Assembly: GCA_000934665.2 (NCBI GenBank)
Contig: JYFJ02002466.1
Location: 1-56,715, forward strand
Reading direction: 5' to 3'
Length of the DNA stretch: 56,715 bases
From: Catajapyx aquilonaris
Lineage: Eukaryota
A model generated the notes under the pieces. It was given only the letters and a program-made list of their open reading frames with translations, searched no databases and was not told the origin of the DNA. Positions 12,433 to 23,937 of the stretch are shown here, piece by piece. Each line of letters begins with the position of its first letter. Within the stretch, counting starts at the first letter, position 1. Position numbers and translations under genes: made by a program.

Positions 12433-13377
12433 GGAAAAAAATTGCACAGATGTGCAAGCGCAGATGTCAAAGAGTGTGCCATTACAATGGGCCGGATCCA
12501 GCAGAGCTGGTTATTCTTTGGCAGTTTCGAGTTTGTCCCTTATAGAGGGCAGTAGCTAGCAGACATCCATGGCTTTTTTATTTTGCAAACACCATCCGTT
12601 ACGGTGGGAAAAAATCTTTCCGGGTGTTTGCACTTGTAAACACTATACTGCAAAGGGTTAATAAAGTCAGAATTGACTACTAAAGAGCGCCCTCCCTTGG
12701 GAACCCCCCCCCCCNCCCTCCCGAAGAGGGCCCATGGCCCTATCACGGGATATTACAAACAAACAAACAAAACATGATTCCCAATGTGGTTGGGTCACAT
12801 CTGAGAATACATTCCAGAAAAAAAATAAGCCTACATCAATGCACACCAAATCAATAAACTTAGAAAACTGGAATGCAATTCAGAAAAGGGTCAGGAAATG
12901 ACAAACAATCTGGTAAATGAAATCTGATAAAGATATCATATATGGCAGCAAGAAATATCAAGGTTGCTGAATGTTTAGAATCACTTTAACAGGGAGTTAT
13001 GATAGTGCAGTAACACGTTTCATTCTTGTCAAGGGATGCATAAAAAGAGACCATTAGTTGTCAGCAATTTAAAGGTATCTTCTCATAAATCCAATGGACT
13101 GATGTATGGTGTGATGTCATATGTGCCTCATATTTCTACTTGTACTTTACTAACCTTATGTGCCATTAAAATACAAGCATTTTTTTTCTGTCAATTGAAG
13201 GGCTCGGGAGTAAACAATGGTAAGGGTATGGGTTTTATATCCCTTACCAGTGTTCACTCCCAAGCCCTTCAATTGGTAGAAACATGACAGAAATATTGAT
13301 CAAATACCTTTTGGGGATTAAATAAAAACTTTCTGCAATGAAGGGAGAGAAAGCAGATTTGTGAGAACAAGTCTTAA

Positions 13378-13848
13378 CCCTTAACTACGTAGGTGGAGCC
13401 TGAGAGGCTCCAAGCACTATTTAAACGCATGTAACTTTTTCATTGAATTTTATTTTCCCCTGTCCTTCCGTGACTTTGTCAGAAAAACCTTCCTAAGCAT
13501 GAAAAGGAAAGAAAATTTTTTTTAGTCCCTATTCTTTGGTTAAAAAAAATTCGTAACGAGGAACAGGTCCCTCCTGGAACCGCTTAGGCTCTATATCTCG
13601 TAGGTGAATCCTGAGCGGCTCAAACATGATGTAACCTTTTAATTGAAAATTTTTCCCTGTCGGAATATGCTGACTCAGCGTGTGATTTTTACGTTTTCAG
13701 AAGCCCAATGATCTGAACTGCACTTTCTGTACGTGAAAATTCCAATATAACAATTTAGTTGATAAGCAGAAATTTAAATATACCGTTGGAGCCTCTCAGG
13801 CTCCACCTACATAGTTAAAGGTGTTTCGCCCACCTACGTAGTTAAGGG
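13378..13848. mobile_element. piggyBac-like MITE
   Basis: TTAA TSD; perfect 19-bp TIR CCCTTAACTACGTAGGTGG; internal direct and inverted copies of GTAGGTGGAGCCTGAGAGGCTCCAA. Confidence 0.9.
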
Positions 13849-14629
13849 TTAAGACATTGGCATGCTACATTTGTCATTGAGCATTTCAGTTGTAACTATT
13901 GTTGATTCTACTTGTATCTTGGCTACAGTTATTGAAACGACTGAAACCTGAGAAGTGCTTACAGATTTTATTCTTCCATTACAGGGATACCAGTGGCTAT
14001 GAAGAAAACAAGCCAAGGAACAATGCATAATAAGTTTGCCATTTTAGATGGCACATTTGGGATGCTTGGATCTTTAAACTGGACTAACCAGGCTATATAT
14101 GGCAATTGGGAAGACTTTGTCATTTGTAATGACAGGAAGCATATCCAGAACCTCACAGAGATTTTTAATGACCTGTGGATAGAATTTCAGGGGCCTGAAG
14201 AGTAGCTTAAGGGTAATTGGTACCACCCTATGAGAATGTCTTCTGTTATTCTGTCTTGCTCAATGCCTTGAGATGCAAAACTTGCTTAGATAAATAACAG
14301 ATGGGAAAATCACCCCACTCTAGTATTCAGTGCCTTCCTACACATGGGAAATTAAGCCAGGTAATATAAAACAGCATATCGTCACTGTAAAATAAAAACC
14401 TGCTATGTGGTGAAATGACAACTTTTCAGGAGGTCTAAAAAACTATTTTGTTTTAAAGGTACCAAGTAGATTAAATCATAATCATTTAACTTTAAAGGTG
14501 CCTCGTAGATTGTCATAATCCATGTGGTACAATCAAAATTAAGTGGGCCTCCTGAAAATTGTCATTTCACCACATAGCTAAATTTTATTTTACAGTGACG
14601 ATATTTTCCCACCAATGGGCCAAGAAATG

Positions 14630-14750
14630 GTATACTATAGCTGAGGTGAGGTACACACTGAATCTGCTATATTCAGAGTCAAAATACACAAGGCCTTATG
14701 AAAATATGGTGGGACCAGCCTTTCGAGGCTGTTATATCTGGAGTCAACTG
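14630..14750. mobile_element. Tigger/pogo-like MITE fragment
   Basis: Reverse-complement similarity to 55965-56120 and similarity to 50120-50213 (GGGACC[A/G]GCCTTTCG..TGTTATA; ATATCTGGA[G/T]TCAACT). Confidence 0.55.
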
Positions 14751-14897
14751 AGTGAGATAATTATACTGTATATTTGAACAGGCTACATCAGGTTTAACCG
14801 GCTTTCAGGTGTGCACCTTGGTGGAGAATCCCCCTAGGAATTCTAATATTGCCCTTCTCTTAAGTAATTTACACCAATATGGCAATATAGGCCTATA

Positions 14898-15107
14898 CAG
14901 GGTGTCTCAACTTTTTTGTCCAAACAGTTATCAGAAAAGCCTATGTATCTTCTAGCTATGTAGCCAGAATATGCCCCAACATTCCTGGCACATCCCTCAA
15001 CTGATAAAGCCAGGGAGGCATCACTGGTTGCAAGTCACTGCTAAAAAATAAGCAGCTTAGTGCAATATTTCCGATAATTGTTCGGACAAAAAAGTTTAGA
15101 CACCCTG
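14898..15107. mobile_element. Tc1-type MITE, same family as 49661-50015
   Basis: TA|CAGGGTGTCTCAACTTTTTTGTCC ... GGACAAAAAAGTTTAGACACCCTG|TA. Confidence 0.85.
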
Positions 15108-15197
15108 TATGTATGAAAACTTTTAAAAGTTTATTTAAGAATGTGTATCCTGCTGTACAAAATAAATTCATTTTGTGGAACTGTTTATTGTTATTGT

Positions 15198-15521
15198 TAG
15201 TGGGCCCTCCTTATCCGCCGATTCTGTCAACTGTGGATTGAAAGTTGTATTGGGGGGGGGGGGNGGGGGGGGATAGGCAAAACATGAATTTGTTGCACAC
15301 TGAGCATTACAGTACAGTAGAACCCAAGGTAGAGCCACTTTTTTACATATCATTTGCATTGTTTTCTATTAGGTCATCTAGAGATGATTATTTTAAATCA
15401 TAAGAGAGGATGTGTGTAGGTTATGTATACATGTACTACTCTATTCTAATACTGTATCAGGGACTGGAGCATCTGCAGGAAGTCCTTGAACCAAACATCT
15501 GCAGATACAGGGAGCCCACTG
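15198..15521. mobile_element. Tigger/pogo-like non-autonomous element resembling MER2
   Basis: Ends AGTGGGCCCTCCTTATC / GATACAGGGAGCCCACTG|TA. Internal 'ATCTAGAGATGATT...GAGGATGTGTGTAGGTTATGT...AGGGACTGGAGCATC...GTCCTTGAACCAA' resembles the MER2/Tigger consensus as I recall it. Confidence 0.65.
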
Positions 15522-15604
15522 TATTACCATCAGATATTACAATTATTATGCTGTAGCAAGATGTGCTGTAGTTATACTTTCTCAGAGAAATTAATACCGT
15601 TATA

Positions 15605-16778
15605 CAAGGGGTGTTCAAAGAGAGACTGAACTTTTGCTATAAAGCCCATACTGCTCATTATTTTTACAAAATTATAAGCATGGTCCACTTCAAGGTCGTT
15701 CCCTCTATTTGTGATACACTGTTCCCAATGTTTCTTCCTTTGTTGGAATCACGGTCTAAGAATAATATAAAGGTCTGGACACTCCCCCTCTTATTGGGGG
15801 GCTGACAGGGTCGTAATGCAGTGTGGAGCCACAGGCAGCGCTGCTAAGGGCCCATACCTGTGGTGCTCCTACCTGCCCTATGCACTTAGGTAGAAGAGAA
15901 TCAGGGAGAGAAGCCAGTTTTGCATAGGGCCTGGTAGGAGCGCTGCCTGTGGCCCCGCGCTGCATTACCACCCCATCAGGCCCCCCAACGCGCAATAAGA
16001 GGGGGGAGTGTCCAGACTTTATTCTTCTTAGACCATGGTTGGAATGCACTTTATGTGATGGCGCACAGTGCTCTCATCGCATTTTCCTGAATCTCCTCTT
16101 TGGTTTGGAAATGACATCATTTCAGAGTGGTTTTAAGTTTTGTAAATAGGAAAAAGTCTGCTGGGGCTAAGTCCGGAGAATAGGGTAGATGGGCACAATG
16201 GATGTCTGATGGTTTGTCATATAACTACTGAAGATGAGGAGCAATGCGTGAGCCAGGGCATTGCCATGGTGCAACATCCAAGTCTGATTTACCCACAATT
16301 CAAGCCTCTTCCTAATGCACAGCAACCCTCAATCGCATTAAAACTTCCCCATACAACTATTTGTTTGCCATCTGACAACATGGTACAAATTCATTATGGA
16401 CAATGCCTTTAAAATATTAAAAAACAACCAACCTCACCTTGTTCTTTGACCGACCCATCTGCTACTTTTGGTCGAGCCCCCCCCCCNCCCCCCCCCAGTA
16501 TGCTTGGTTATGCAATTGAAATGTGCCTGTAAAAATTTCACCGCTTTTGCAGCAAAATTTCTCACCCACATGTTCTTCAAGCTCTTTCATTTTCACTTTG
16601 TCACTAATCCAACGAACAGCTTGTGCAAGTGCTCACTTAAAGAGGATGTATCTCGACAACCAATGGTCATAGTGGAATGGGGGCAAATGGCAGTTTGTTG
16701 TCAAAACATGTCGCTAGGTACTCTCAGTGCCGGTTGATGAGCTATTTAAAAAGTTCAGTCTTTTTTGAACACCCCTCG
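15605..16778 (-). mobile_element. Internally deleted, degenerate mariner element
   Basis: TA-flanked ~30-bp TIRs (CAAGGGGTGTTCAAAGAGAGACTGAACTTTT / AAAAGTTCAGTCTTTTTTGAACACCCCTCG); minus-strand 'LHHGNALAH' and 'HLPYSPDLAPADFFLFTKLK'. Confidence 0.9.
15750..16037. mobile_element. Palindromic MITE with 8-bp TSD (P-element-like termini), nested in the mariner
   Basis: Exact TSD GTTGGAAT (15742-15749, 16038-16045); TIR CACGGTCTAAGAA / TTCTTAGACCATG; ~110-bp arms. The superfamily is inferred only from the CA..TG ends and 8-bp TSD. Confidence 0.8.
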
Positions 16779-17859
16779 TAAGTCATTCAATACTAAACTA
16801 GACAACATGTTTATATCATGCTATCTAATGGAATATCATGTGCTTGCACAATGTTTTTAATAATCTCCCAACTTCCCTATTGTGTTCTGAAGAGGGATGT
16901 GGGGAGAATTGGATTGTGTATGGATCAACAACATACTGATGCTTGGATTGTATACAGTATTTTGTGCGTGTGACTGTCATACTGCAGCAAGAATATAGTT
17001 TGGAGCAGTATGCCCTTGAAAATTATGTCCTACTTCCCTTGTACTGTACCATACGTGAATATCTGTAAATTTGGCATTGCAGAATACTTACCAGATTCTT
17101 TGGTTTATTTTATTTGCAAGCAACCTGTACAATGGATAGTGCAGTGTGTATGCAAATAATACAAGAGTGTGTACATTAACTAATTGTGGCTATGCGCCTT
17201 ACATGCTACCATGATTACAAAAGTTGTAGAATGTTAAGTGTATGCCTCGTTGCTCACTTTTCTATCCTCTCTTGCTGGATTGCTGTCCATGGTAAATAAT
17301 CCACAGTACAACATATCCATCAGATCACTGGCACAGCACCAACTATCAGAAATGGGACGAAGTTGTGAAAGAATTCATGGTGTGTGTCTCTCATACAGGC
17401 TTTCTGAAAATACATGTTTCAGGGCCAGTCAGTTTGTAGTAACCATTTATGCTGGTGGGCACCAATATCTACAAGCCCAAAGTACCACAATCATATAATT
17501 AATCAAACTGCAGTTACATCAGTATGATAATTATATATTATTCAGGATCTGCAGTTATAAGCTTATTACTGATTCAATCTAGTTTGCCCCAACAGAAGGT
17601 GGGGGTGCCATGCATTTAACCAGCAGTAACTGTGCATAATCATTCTTAGCACATCTACAGGGAAACATTGTGCATCAATACTCCCGTCTCATTTTGTGAA
17701 ACAGGCAAACCTGAGACGCCAGACTCGTTGAAAAATGAAACGTACAGAGTGGAGTGAAGAGCGACAACAAGGGGAGCACATTTCCGAATGATAATACAGC
17801 AAAACCCTCTACTGTATAGCTGGTCTCAGGAGTTAATTTTCCTTCTCCTGAGTACATTA

Positions 17860-20800
17860 TCATACCAACGTTTTTATCAGTGACCGTGACCCTTTGACTT
17901 GGTGAAGCGACTTGGTGAAGTGTGCCTTACCTTTTCTTTTCTCTTTATTCTTATCCTTAGTGGACACTTTGCTGGTCTTCCTGGCACACTTTCGTTGAGG
18001 AGCCCTCTCAACTAGAAAGGCCAGGAGGCTGAGGCCAAGTCCAAAGGCATGGCAGAAGAAAGGTCCTTGTACATGCTTCCAAGTGAGAGGGATTGGTCCG
18101 TCATCCAGTACTCCTTGACTCTTCGGAGGCAATTTAAGACCCTGCAGGCGGGTTGCCTGGAAAATATCTCTGGTGGTTTTGGGCTCTAGAAGGCCAGCCT
18201 CCATGGTTCTGCGGGTGACCATGCTAAAGGCATCTCGAGACACGTGATGCTTAGGGAGCATGAACCCGGCGTGTATGGCCAGAGCTGCCTCCGGAGCCAG
18301 CCGAAGTATCTCCTCTCCGTGTGAATCAAGGTATCTCAGGGAGCCCAGGCTGAGGTAGGTGCGGAGGGAGAGACATGCATAGCGCCGAGTTAGGGCTTCT
18401 TCCAGGCAGTCGTCCACAGTGTCCACACTGCCCAGGCCCTCCTCTATCACGTGGTATGTCTCCACGTCAACATTCTCTACCAGCATATGGTAAAACACCT
18501 GCAAAATCAATGACTCTCATACTCTTGACATAGCATACAAATGTTTCAAGAAGAATTTTAGAGTGTACGCAGGTTCTGTTAGTTTTTTCCAGACTTATTA
18601 AACTCATGTGTATACTACTGTACAATATATTAGGGACGAAACCTGTGGCAAACCTATACATCAACCATCTTCAGATACCAATACCATACTGATCTAAACG
18701 AGATATTTTGGGAGAATTAAGCCACGGTTGTATGTAAGGTAGTGTACATAATTATGTTGAAAATTATCATGTGCATTTCATGGCATGATAGACAACCAGT
18801 CCTGGTGAGGAATTCATCAGTCCATGGTATCTCGTTTGGGTCAGGATATGGGGTCAGATAAAATGCTGCCACAAGTTGTGTTGTCTCGAATCATGACATG
18901 TTGTACTATCCGTCAATCCACCCCTTTCTGACTGACACTGTACAAAATAATAAGGAATGATTATCTGCATAAAGTTGATTGAGCGTTTTTTTAAATGTAT
19001 AGGACGGTCCTTTTTGAATGTACGTGTATGGTGAGCAGCAGTCACAGTCAGTGTGCTGAAAAGATATTGCTACCTCTACTCTACCTTACCATACCCAGTA
19101 GCTGCAAAATGTCTTCCCTTACCCCATGCTTGTAAGGCGATCCCCATACATATTTCATATGCACCAAACTCTCCAGATCGGTGGGCAAGATCTCCTTCTC
19201 TGGCATGGTCATGAATGATATGAGCTTGCTGGTATATCCACAGTTAATAACTGTTGCAAATATCCACCAGAAGACCATGAAAAGGCGCAGGGGTATCCTG
19301 GATGGAAGCTGCTCCACCGATTGGCCTATGAGTGAGGTGGAGAGGAAGAGGAAAGAGTAGGAGGGATAGGTCACGGCACTCTGTCGGACTGGCTCGAAGG
19401 CAGGTCCTCCGGCTCGCAGCTGCAACTCCAAGAGAGCATGAAATGCTCCCGTACACAAAAAAGTGGCCAGGAGTACCCCAATCCATACGTCGAACGTGTA
19501 TGGCTGCACCATCACTTTCCAGGAGAAAATGAGTTTGGGATTAGCTGTCAGGAAGCCAACGTGGTCAAAAAAGTAGGGAACGGGGTAATCGATGACTGTT
19601 AATGCTCTCTCACTCAAGGGTGTACCGGCACAAAAGTCAGCCCTGCCGTACAGCACTTCGCCCACCATTCCCAGCCATGTCCCGTCGTCCAACTGTGTCT
19701 CCACTGCCTATAGATGACAATAAGAAACATAAGACAATTCAGAGAATTATGAAAATGAGTATGAAATTATGAGAGTGTACAAACCCCGGCATCGCCAACG
19801 GCCATAGCCTCTACTATCCATTCAAAGTTGAGGGCGTCTCCCAGAATAGTTGTCAGTACCTCGGAGGGCATTACGGCCCTGTCCGGCCTCTTGCGTTTCT
19901 CCGCAATTTCTTTAGGAGAAAACGGCTTCAAGAAGATTCCGCGAAGAAATTTGCCGTGCATATTTCCGCTGGTGTCCAAAAAAACTGAGTCCAGCTGTCC
20001 CGGAGGATATTTGTGGATTCCCAAGGACCTTAGCTCAGGTTCACCAGTCGCACAGTAAAAACACACCGACCAAATCTCCAGCTCGCATTCATCCTGGTGG
20101 CATAATCAAAATTTCCGAATGCCCTAAACATCATAATATATTTTTTTACATTCATTTGCGCAAGATTCATGCAAGGCGGCGAATGAAAAAAACAACAACT
20201 GAAATTGAAGCGCTTCTTTATAAATGGCCGTAAAAATCCTCCACAAATATTTCGAAAAATTGCCTAGATTGTGATTGAGTTCTGAATATCTCGATTTAAG
20301 CAGAAAAATTGCAAGGCAACAGCCATGATACATGATATTATGTAGATATGGGAGAGAAAAATTTAGGACATGAGATGTCAATGAGTGGGAAGCGCTTCAC
20401 AAATATGATTGAATTCCAACCCTGCTGCAGAACCGTCTCTGAAAAGTAGCTAACTCTTATCACAAGGACAGTCTGGATGTAATATACAGTATTTGAAAGT
20501 GTAAGTTGCAAGGTGTCATGGTTAATTAATTGATGTTGGCACTGTTTCTTACGTGAATGCATTCCGCGTTGTTTGTTGTCGGAACCACGGCCACTTTGAA
20601 CTTCAGAATCCGTCCATATGTTGAGGTAATCAGTTCTTGTTCAACATCACTTGCATTCTGGAGCCAAATAAAGTAAAAGTCATTTCCTGGCCTCAGCGCA
20701 ATTTTTGAACTGAGATATTCCATCAGCGGTTCGAAATTATCTCGGCGAAAAGTCACTGAAAAGACGTTGCAGGCTGCCGGGAAGGAGGTGGCTGACAGCG

Positions 20801-21116
20801 ACTTGGGCCAGATGGGCTTGATTGGTTCTGTGGCATTTGGATCTACCTCCCCTTCTTCTTCTTGGACTACTGTTGGCGGCAACATTCGGACATGAACTGT
20901 CGGAGAGAAAAGTGCATGCCGTTGTCGGAAGAGTCTTCCTCGATCCTCCTGGTGCTCATCATCGGCCACCACTAACGTGCACCTAAGTGGCACCATTTGT
21001 GACACAAATCCTATTACAAATTCATCTGTTGTCATATTGAAAAATGGTGGAAGAAATAAGCACAGCACATCCCTGACACTCAGAAGCAGAAAAAGTTTGC
21101 ACAACTGTCCCGTCAT
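17860..21116 (-). CDS. Ionotropic receptor (variant iGluR-family chemosensory receptor), about 709 aa
   Basis: Exons 21116-20553, 20093-19785, 19707-19090, 18498-17860, all phase 0 and GT-AG. Signal-peptide-like start; S1 'DDGTWLGMVGEVLYGRADF'; M1 'QPYTFDVWIGVL'; pore/M3 'LIGQS...RLFMVFWWIFATVINCGYTSKLISFMTMP'; 'MEAGLL'; M4 'PLTWKHVQGPFF...LSLLAFLVE'. Confidence 0.92.
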
Positions 21117-21818
21117 GATTCCTAAAAGAAACTATCAAATGCCAAGAAATGGGATCTCGTTAGATAAGAAAATATATAAGAACCTAGCTGCGAAAGGAGA
21201 TATAGGAGAAAATATTGACCATTACAGAAAGCTATTTTCTCGTCACTGGGACACGGCACGAAATATGGGTTTTACTCCATTAACATTTTAACTACTGACG
21301 CATATTGCCTGGATTTTTAGTGCAGTATCGTAGGGAGGTTTCCTGAGTACCGTGTTATCTATAGGCTCAGTAGGAAAGCCTGATAAGGACTCCATATTTA
21401 AACCGATTAAAAAATTCCTGGCGCTCACATGTATCATTCGCTAAAGATCACAGATTTATTTATACAGAATGTGATTATAAGCTCCTTAATATATTTCCTA
21501 CCTGTAATCTATTTGTCTGCTTTCAACTATTGAATTATCAATTCGGTCTGGAAACTACAAGTACAGTGTTGGACATTAATCGAGGCATTGGAGGCACTGC
21601 CGCACTGGTGGTTAGCGACAATTTCCGAATCCGCAGAAGAAGGAATCGAAGATAAGAATACTGCAAGCCGGGCGAGCAAGATTCCTTCTTCTTCCGCTTC
21701 GGAAAATGTCGCTAGCAGTATGCCTCGACTTATGTCCAACACTGTACTTCACTGAGATGGTATGACTACACTGTAGGTAAAAATAAATGCAACCAAACAG
21801 TCACCTGTCACTGCACAA

Positions 21819-22464
21819 TAGGGCGGCTAAAAAAAAAAACACTTTTTTTTGCTTCGAAAGTTGTAGTTCGCTAGTGAAAAAAAGTTGTGTTGGGCGATCC
21901 TTTTGACGGGTAAAAAATCTGAGTCATGTGGGTTAATATCCTGAGGCTCCGCCAGGGGCATAAGTGACGCAACTTCAGGTGAGGGTTTTCGCCTTTTGGT
22001 GTGTGAGTTGTATACTTACCCGGCCTACAAATGAAAAAGTTGTGGCTCTATGGGGGTGAAATGTCGTTTTATTTGCGATATCTTGCACCTTTGACGAGAT
22101 ATTGACCAAAAATTGCACAGTATGGGAACAAAATTGATGTTTTTTTTGTGGCTTGAAGGTTAGACCGATTTTAGGGTATATCTGTGGCGATGATTCCAAA
22201 ACCAGCATCCGTTTTGCTCCATCAGCTGTAGTTTTTGAGATACACCGTCAAACGGGGGGAGATTGTGCCACTTTTGGAGGTTTTCCGTGCAAGCAAACCA
22301 GAGTAATTGATATATCGGAACGAATATTTTATATAACATTGCTGCACATCTCACCTTTCAGATCATACGTGAAAATAATATTTATATGATGAGGGAAGGG
22401 AGATATAAATTCTTTTCCGTGCCACAATTTCACCCCGTTGTTTGGGTGAGATTGGGCCACCCTA
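21819..22464. mobile_element. Possible hAT-like non-autonomous element
   Basis: Short TIR-like ends TAGGGCGGC / GCCACCCTA; no matching TSD. Confidence 0.35.
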
Positions 22465-23820
22465 TTTAAATGCTTGAAATAAATAGGAAATGAGTCATGG
22501 GCATACTGTCCGTACAAATTAGCATCTTTAATATACGAAGAAAATATTTTTTGAAACATGGTGTACCGTAATTAAAAAGTGAAGGTGACGAGTCGAGATT
22601 GTGCCACTGTTTTTCCCAGTTTTCCCCTCATAATTTCCATGATTTTCATGTGTGACAGTGATGGGTAAGATTGACGTGAAGAAGATCGGTCGGAAGCTTC
22701 GGCAGAAATCATGGCTAACATGCTGCGATGAAAAAAAGAGTAGATAATTATTGATGCTATGTCAAATGATGTCAATAAACTGTACAAACTCTTTCCAGCC
22801 CTGGTAGTTACATAAAAACCACGACAATTTCATGGCGAACCCTTTTGGCAATAGAGCAGCTACTGTGTGCCAGACACAAGTATGATGAAGCTGTGTAAGA
22901 AAACGACGCATGAACATTTTCCTTCAAGGAAGACTACAACACGTGTGCTGTCGTATAGTATGTGGCATGCTTCCAGAAGGTTGACGCGTTTTACGTATTA
23001 CGGCAACGTTCGCCACTAATAAAAGTCACGTCATTCATCTACGCAGCAAAGTACCTGCTATACATCTACGTAAAGCCAAAATGTGACCACCTGTAGTCTC
23101 TAACTATTTATACATACAATCTCGTAAAAGACAGATACTTGTGGTACCGTCCTTACCTAATCCTATACCTCACTAGTGTGAGTGCATGGGCGTGACTGAT
23201 TGTTTGAACACCGGTACATTTAATTGTTCCTTTTCACGTGTGGCTGAAGTGAACTCTTTTTATAGACTCTCGGAATCCCCGTGGTCATGACGCAATGAGT
23301 TGCCTAAAATACGACGTCAACCTGATTACATCGACCTAGTAGAGGCATCGTTGACAAGATGCAGTATGCAGCCTGCCAAAAACAAGCCATTATTCTGCCG
23401 GAGCAGGAGCACCTCCTCTACAGGCCTACCTGGCGGGTCAAGTGAGTATACAGTACAGCATTCATGTCAGTCACCTTTCAAACTGCAGGCTGACCGTTAC
23501 ACTGTGGCTATGGTGGTGCTATGATCTATTCAGCAGTTCGAGAGGTGAAGTGAACATCCACTTGGGATTAAAATGTAATATAAATATTACAAAATCTATG
23601 AAAATTTCATTAACGGTAGCATAACATATGAGCAAATACTCTACCTTTACTGGCAGGTTGTTGACAGTCAGTAAAGGTTGAGTTGGTACAACTGGCAACC
23701 AACAATACAGTCCAATTATGTGTCCCGACTTTAGAGTCCGGCGCCCTGTATTATTTTATCGACATCTTTTCCTTATTGATAGTAATGTTCGATGATTAGT
23801 CATTTATTGCATTTTGTACA

Positions 23821-23937
23821 TTCTGGACCTCTTCAGATCTGAGGACTAATATTGTGTTGACAAAGAGAAAGTCTAAGTTAGACTTTCTCTAAATTTGTCA
23901 ACACAATATTAATCCTCAGATCTGAAGAGGTCCAGAA
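23821..23937. repeat. Near-perfect inverted repeat (~56-bp arms, 1-nt spacer)
   Basis: TTCTGGACCTCTTCAGATCTGAGGA...GTCTAA-G-TTAGAC...TCCTCAGATCTGAAGAGGTCCAGAA; one mismatch and one 4-nt indel. Confidence 0.9.

Larger units (their letters stand above)
11312..12657. mobile_element. Non-autonomous piggyBac-like element
   Basis: TTAA|CCCTTTG...CAAAGGG|TTAA; it precisely interrupts a SINE. Confidence 0.8.
11137..12772 (+). mobile_element. tRNA-derived SINE family A, copy 1, split into 11137-11311 and 12662-12772 by a piggyBac-like insertion
   Basis: A box TGGTGCTCTAGTGG, B box GGTTCAAATC. The joined halves are colinear with the copy at 11565-11810. (ACAA)n tail. Confidence 0.85.
9576..14205 (+). 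pseudogene. PLD6: Zucchini / mitochondrial cardiolipin hydrolase (PLD6)-like gene, apparently inactivated
   Basis: Exons 9576-9839, 9899-10187, 13985-14205 (GT-AG). Reconstructed protein: MSWIKLPGPLMRITSTSVAYLV*RLGVRWWKRR...ICVVFP / TIIGYLDRCHSRLDLCMY[MITE]LITHVPLSVAVIRCHRRGVKVRIITD...SQIPRFLNAG / IPV...MHNKFAILD...GSLNWTNQAIYGNWE, with a single HxK(x)4D and GSxN motif. Lesions: TAA at 9642-9644, exon 1/exon 2 phase mismatch, and a 104-nt insertion in exon 2. Confidence 0.88.
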
